Positions 30,387-32,451 of a DNA stretch of 32,451 nt are shown piece after piece. The translations under genes were made by a program, and so were the position numbers. Origin of the DNA: Piedraia hortae CBS 480.64. Taxonomy: Eukaryota. The notes beneath the pieces are model-generated. The model made no database searches and was not told where the DNA came from. It saw only the letters and a list, made by a program, of their open reading frames with translations. The stretch spans positions 186,001 to 218,451 of the forward strand of contig MU005983.1 of assembly GCA_010093745.1 (NCBI GenBank). The letters run 5' to 3'. Within the stretch, counting starts at the first letter, position 1; the number at the start of each line of letters is the position of its first letter.

Positions 30387-31172
30387 ATGGCCTCAAATCG
30401 CCTCCATGGCGTGGGATTGGGTGGAATATCAAACGCCGCGATATCGTCAGATCGATATGCAAAACACGGTGAACGGTTACGAACCTCCCACGCCGAAGCG
30501 CTCGCAAACCAACTTTCCGTCTTCCAAGCAGCTCTGCATCACTTTTCCCTCACTCATGCCGAAGACATCCGATCGAATCCAACTTTTCGGTCAGAATTTG
30601 CCCGCATGTGCAATGCTATAGGCGTAGATCCATTAGCTGGCAGTAATAAGAGCAGTGGCGTGAAAGGTGGTAGTAGTGTGTGGGCTAAAATGCTCGGAGG
30701 AAGTGTCAATGATTTCTACTTTGAACTCGCTGTTCGTGTTGTCGAGGTATGCCGTGAGACACGTGGAGGAAATGGCGGCATGATGGCTATAAGTGAGCTG
30801 AGCAAGCGTGTAGCAAATGGGCCTACCGGTCGTGTTGGCGGTGGTATGGAAGCCACAGATGACGATATTCTGCGAGCGATCCAAACTCTCGATCCCCTGG
30901 GTGGCATGTTCAAAGTGCAGACCCTCGGAGGTGTTAAGTTTGTGCGCTCCGTTCCCAAAGAGCTGAATCCAGACCAGTCCACGGTGTTGGATGTCATTTC
31001 CCTCTTAGGAGGGTTTGTTACGGTCCCTATACTGGAAGATAACTTCAGCTGGGACCAGGCCAGAGCCGTGGCTGTCCTTGATGATCTTGTTACCGATGGG
31101 CTTGTTTGGGTTGACGAGCAAGCTGCTGAGACGGAATACTGGAGTCCGGCCAATATGCTTGGCGATGAATAA
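30387..31172 (+). CDS. SNF8: ESCRT-II subunit Snf8/Vps22 (261 aa, intronless)
   Basis: GVGLGG..QLSVFQAAL..FRSEFARMCNAIGVDPLA..DFYFELAVRVVEVC..NGG..VRSVPKEL..GLVWVDEQ..YW. Confidence 0.95.
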   Translation: MASNRLHGVGLGGISNAAISSDRYAKHGERLRTSHAEALANQLSVFQAALHHFSLTHAEDIRSNPTFRSEFARMCNAIGVDPLAGSNKSSGVKGGSSVWAKMLGGSVNDFYFELAVRVVEVCRETRGGNGGMMAISELSKRVANGPTGRVGGGMEATDDDILRAIQTLDPLGGMFKVQTLGGVKFVRSVPKELNPDQSTVLDVISLLGGFVTVPILEDNFSWDQARAVAVLDDLVTDGLVWVDEQAAETEYWSPANMLGDE

Positions 31173-31184
31173 TATTACATTGCC

Positions 31185-31798
31185 ATGCACCGTGCTTACA
31201 AGCAGTATACCAAACTAGACCCCAGGCCAGGAGACTGGCATTACATTGCAGTCCTAGGAAATGTTAAACACCCCAGGGAGAAACGACCCGCACCCACCTT
31301 TCCTAATCAGGTGACGCATCCAATAGTGATGAAATACGTTGGTTACGTCCGCTGTAAAGTAGACAAGCTCTATATTACTGTATAGGTGCATGTACAAAGT
31401 GAAGTTCCATTGGCTCTTCATTGGTAAGATTGCTTCGTAAGTTGACCAAGTTGTCAAATTTATCCGAACCCACTACCAAGAAGGATCCAGTTATTACCAA
31501 AAAAGAACATGGTAAGCTCGTTGAAAACTGCATGGGTGATGGCCATGAAAGAACTACCCGACGTGTTGTATTCAAATCCAGTGTCATTTGCATCCCTTAT
31601 GGAATTTACTCCCCCAACTCACACATCAACCCTGCCATGCCCATTAAAAGCCATTGCCTCAATGATTCAATGGCTTACTGAGCCCAACTGAATGATGTGA
31701 AGGGTATTGTTGAATCACGATCGAAGAATCACAAGGAGGGTGAATTGCCTCTCAAGGAGCAGGAATTGGTGGAAAAGATGCGACTGCCCTTTCGCTGA
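31185..31798 (+). pseudogene. Possible degenerate orphan gene
   Basis: The 31421 frame continues 38 protein-like codons past TGA 31679-31681 to TGA 31796-31798. A GT..AG segment at 31338-31385 looks intron-like, but no consistent spliced model could be built. Confidence 0.25.
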
Positions 31799-32416
31799 AG
31801 CAATGCGCACTGTCAGCGATTGCCAAGATGGATGATTGTGCAGATGATTGTTATAGGTTCATCAGGTGCGCATAAAACGCAGGGTATGTGAGTCTACCCA
31901 ATTAGGAAAGGTGGGTGCGGGTAGTCCCGCCCTGCAATGTCTATCCTGGGAGCCTGGGATGTTTAACATTCCCCAGCAGTCCTCCGCAGACGGTTGCACT
32001 CAGCGACTACGGACGACTAAACAGTTAGGCAACATGTGCTGTGGCACATTCAAATGGCAGCTCTACCTGATGTGCGTCCATGAACCTTACATCCTATCTT
32101 AAAGGTTAATTCTGATCGCATTACAAACCGGGTTCGGTAAGGTTCGATTCGATAAGAGCTGGACTACCTTCTGTTACGGCGAGGCTGTGTGTGCGCGGGA
32201 CGGCCCGCGCCCCCTAAGCGCACAGAGAATTAAATACATATTATAATTGTGAGCAGATGTGTACCTGCATACAAATCTCTACGGAAAACTAGTTGACACG
32301 TAAAGTCGAGAGCCGAGCGACGGTTACTAATAATGCGCGTAATATACCGCATATTCACAACACTCCCCCTTGCTGATTCGATTCAGCACTCCACGGTGCG
32401 CGGTTTCGATCAAAAG

Positions 32417-32451
32417 ATGGGTGAGTAAGCAGCTTTTGAAACATGGAATGC
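32417..32451 (+). CDS. Possible 5' end of a gene running off the window (micro-exon ATGG, then an intron)
   Basis: aaaagATGG|GTGAGT, downstream of an AT-rich TATA-like tract near 32232-32248. Confidence 0.25.

Noticed and set aside
16557..31153. Antisense and alternative-frame ORFs over VCX1, MscS, MEC1 and SNF8
   Set aside because: They lie opposite or within well-supported genes and show no independent coding signal.
32131..32150. B-box-like GGTTCGATTC
   Set aside because: No A box or tRNA stems around it.

Overview
Eukaryotic, filamentous-ascomycete DNA from a compact genome: intergenic gaps are about 110-250 bp, spliceosomal introns are 45-53 nt, and several large genes have no introns. 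A Dothideomycete/Capnodiales-like source is an inference. Two conserved housekeeping blocks flank an accessory island of about 10.7 kb. Left block: NTF2, TVP18, NIP1/eIF3c and a CCCH-RBR E3 ligase. Right block: a VCX1-like Ca2+/H+ exchanger, an orphan ORF, DID2, an MscS-like channel, MEC1/ATR and SNF8. The island (~5.6-16.3 kb) starts near a tRNA-Glu(CTC) with a 7-nt intron. It holds three fast-evolving orphan genes (7102, 8746, 15597) with a shared gapless N-terminal pattern. Two of them sit in an old ~1.3-1.5 kb duplicated head-to-head cassette whose non-coding DNA aligns better than the proteins do. One carries repeated RVxF-type PP1-docking motifs downstream of four Gcn4/AP-1-type sites, and one has a TGA at codon 7. 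The island also holds a 42-bp inverted repeat just upstream of an SRPK-like kinase pseudogene, a spliced His/Cys-motif gene missed by the ORF track, an 11-bp minisatellite, and a frameshifted Cys-rich secreted-protein gene. All alignments and gene models were made by eye and no database searches were run.
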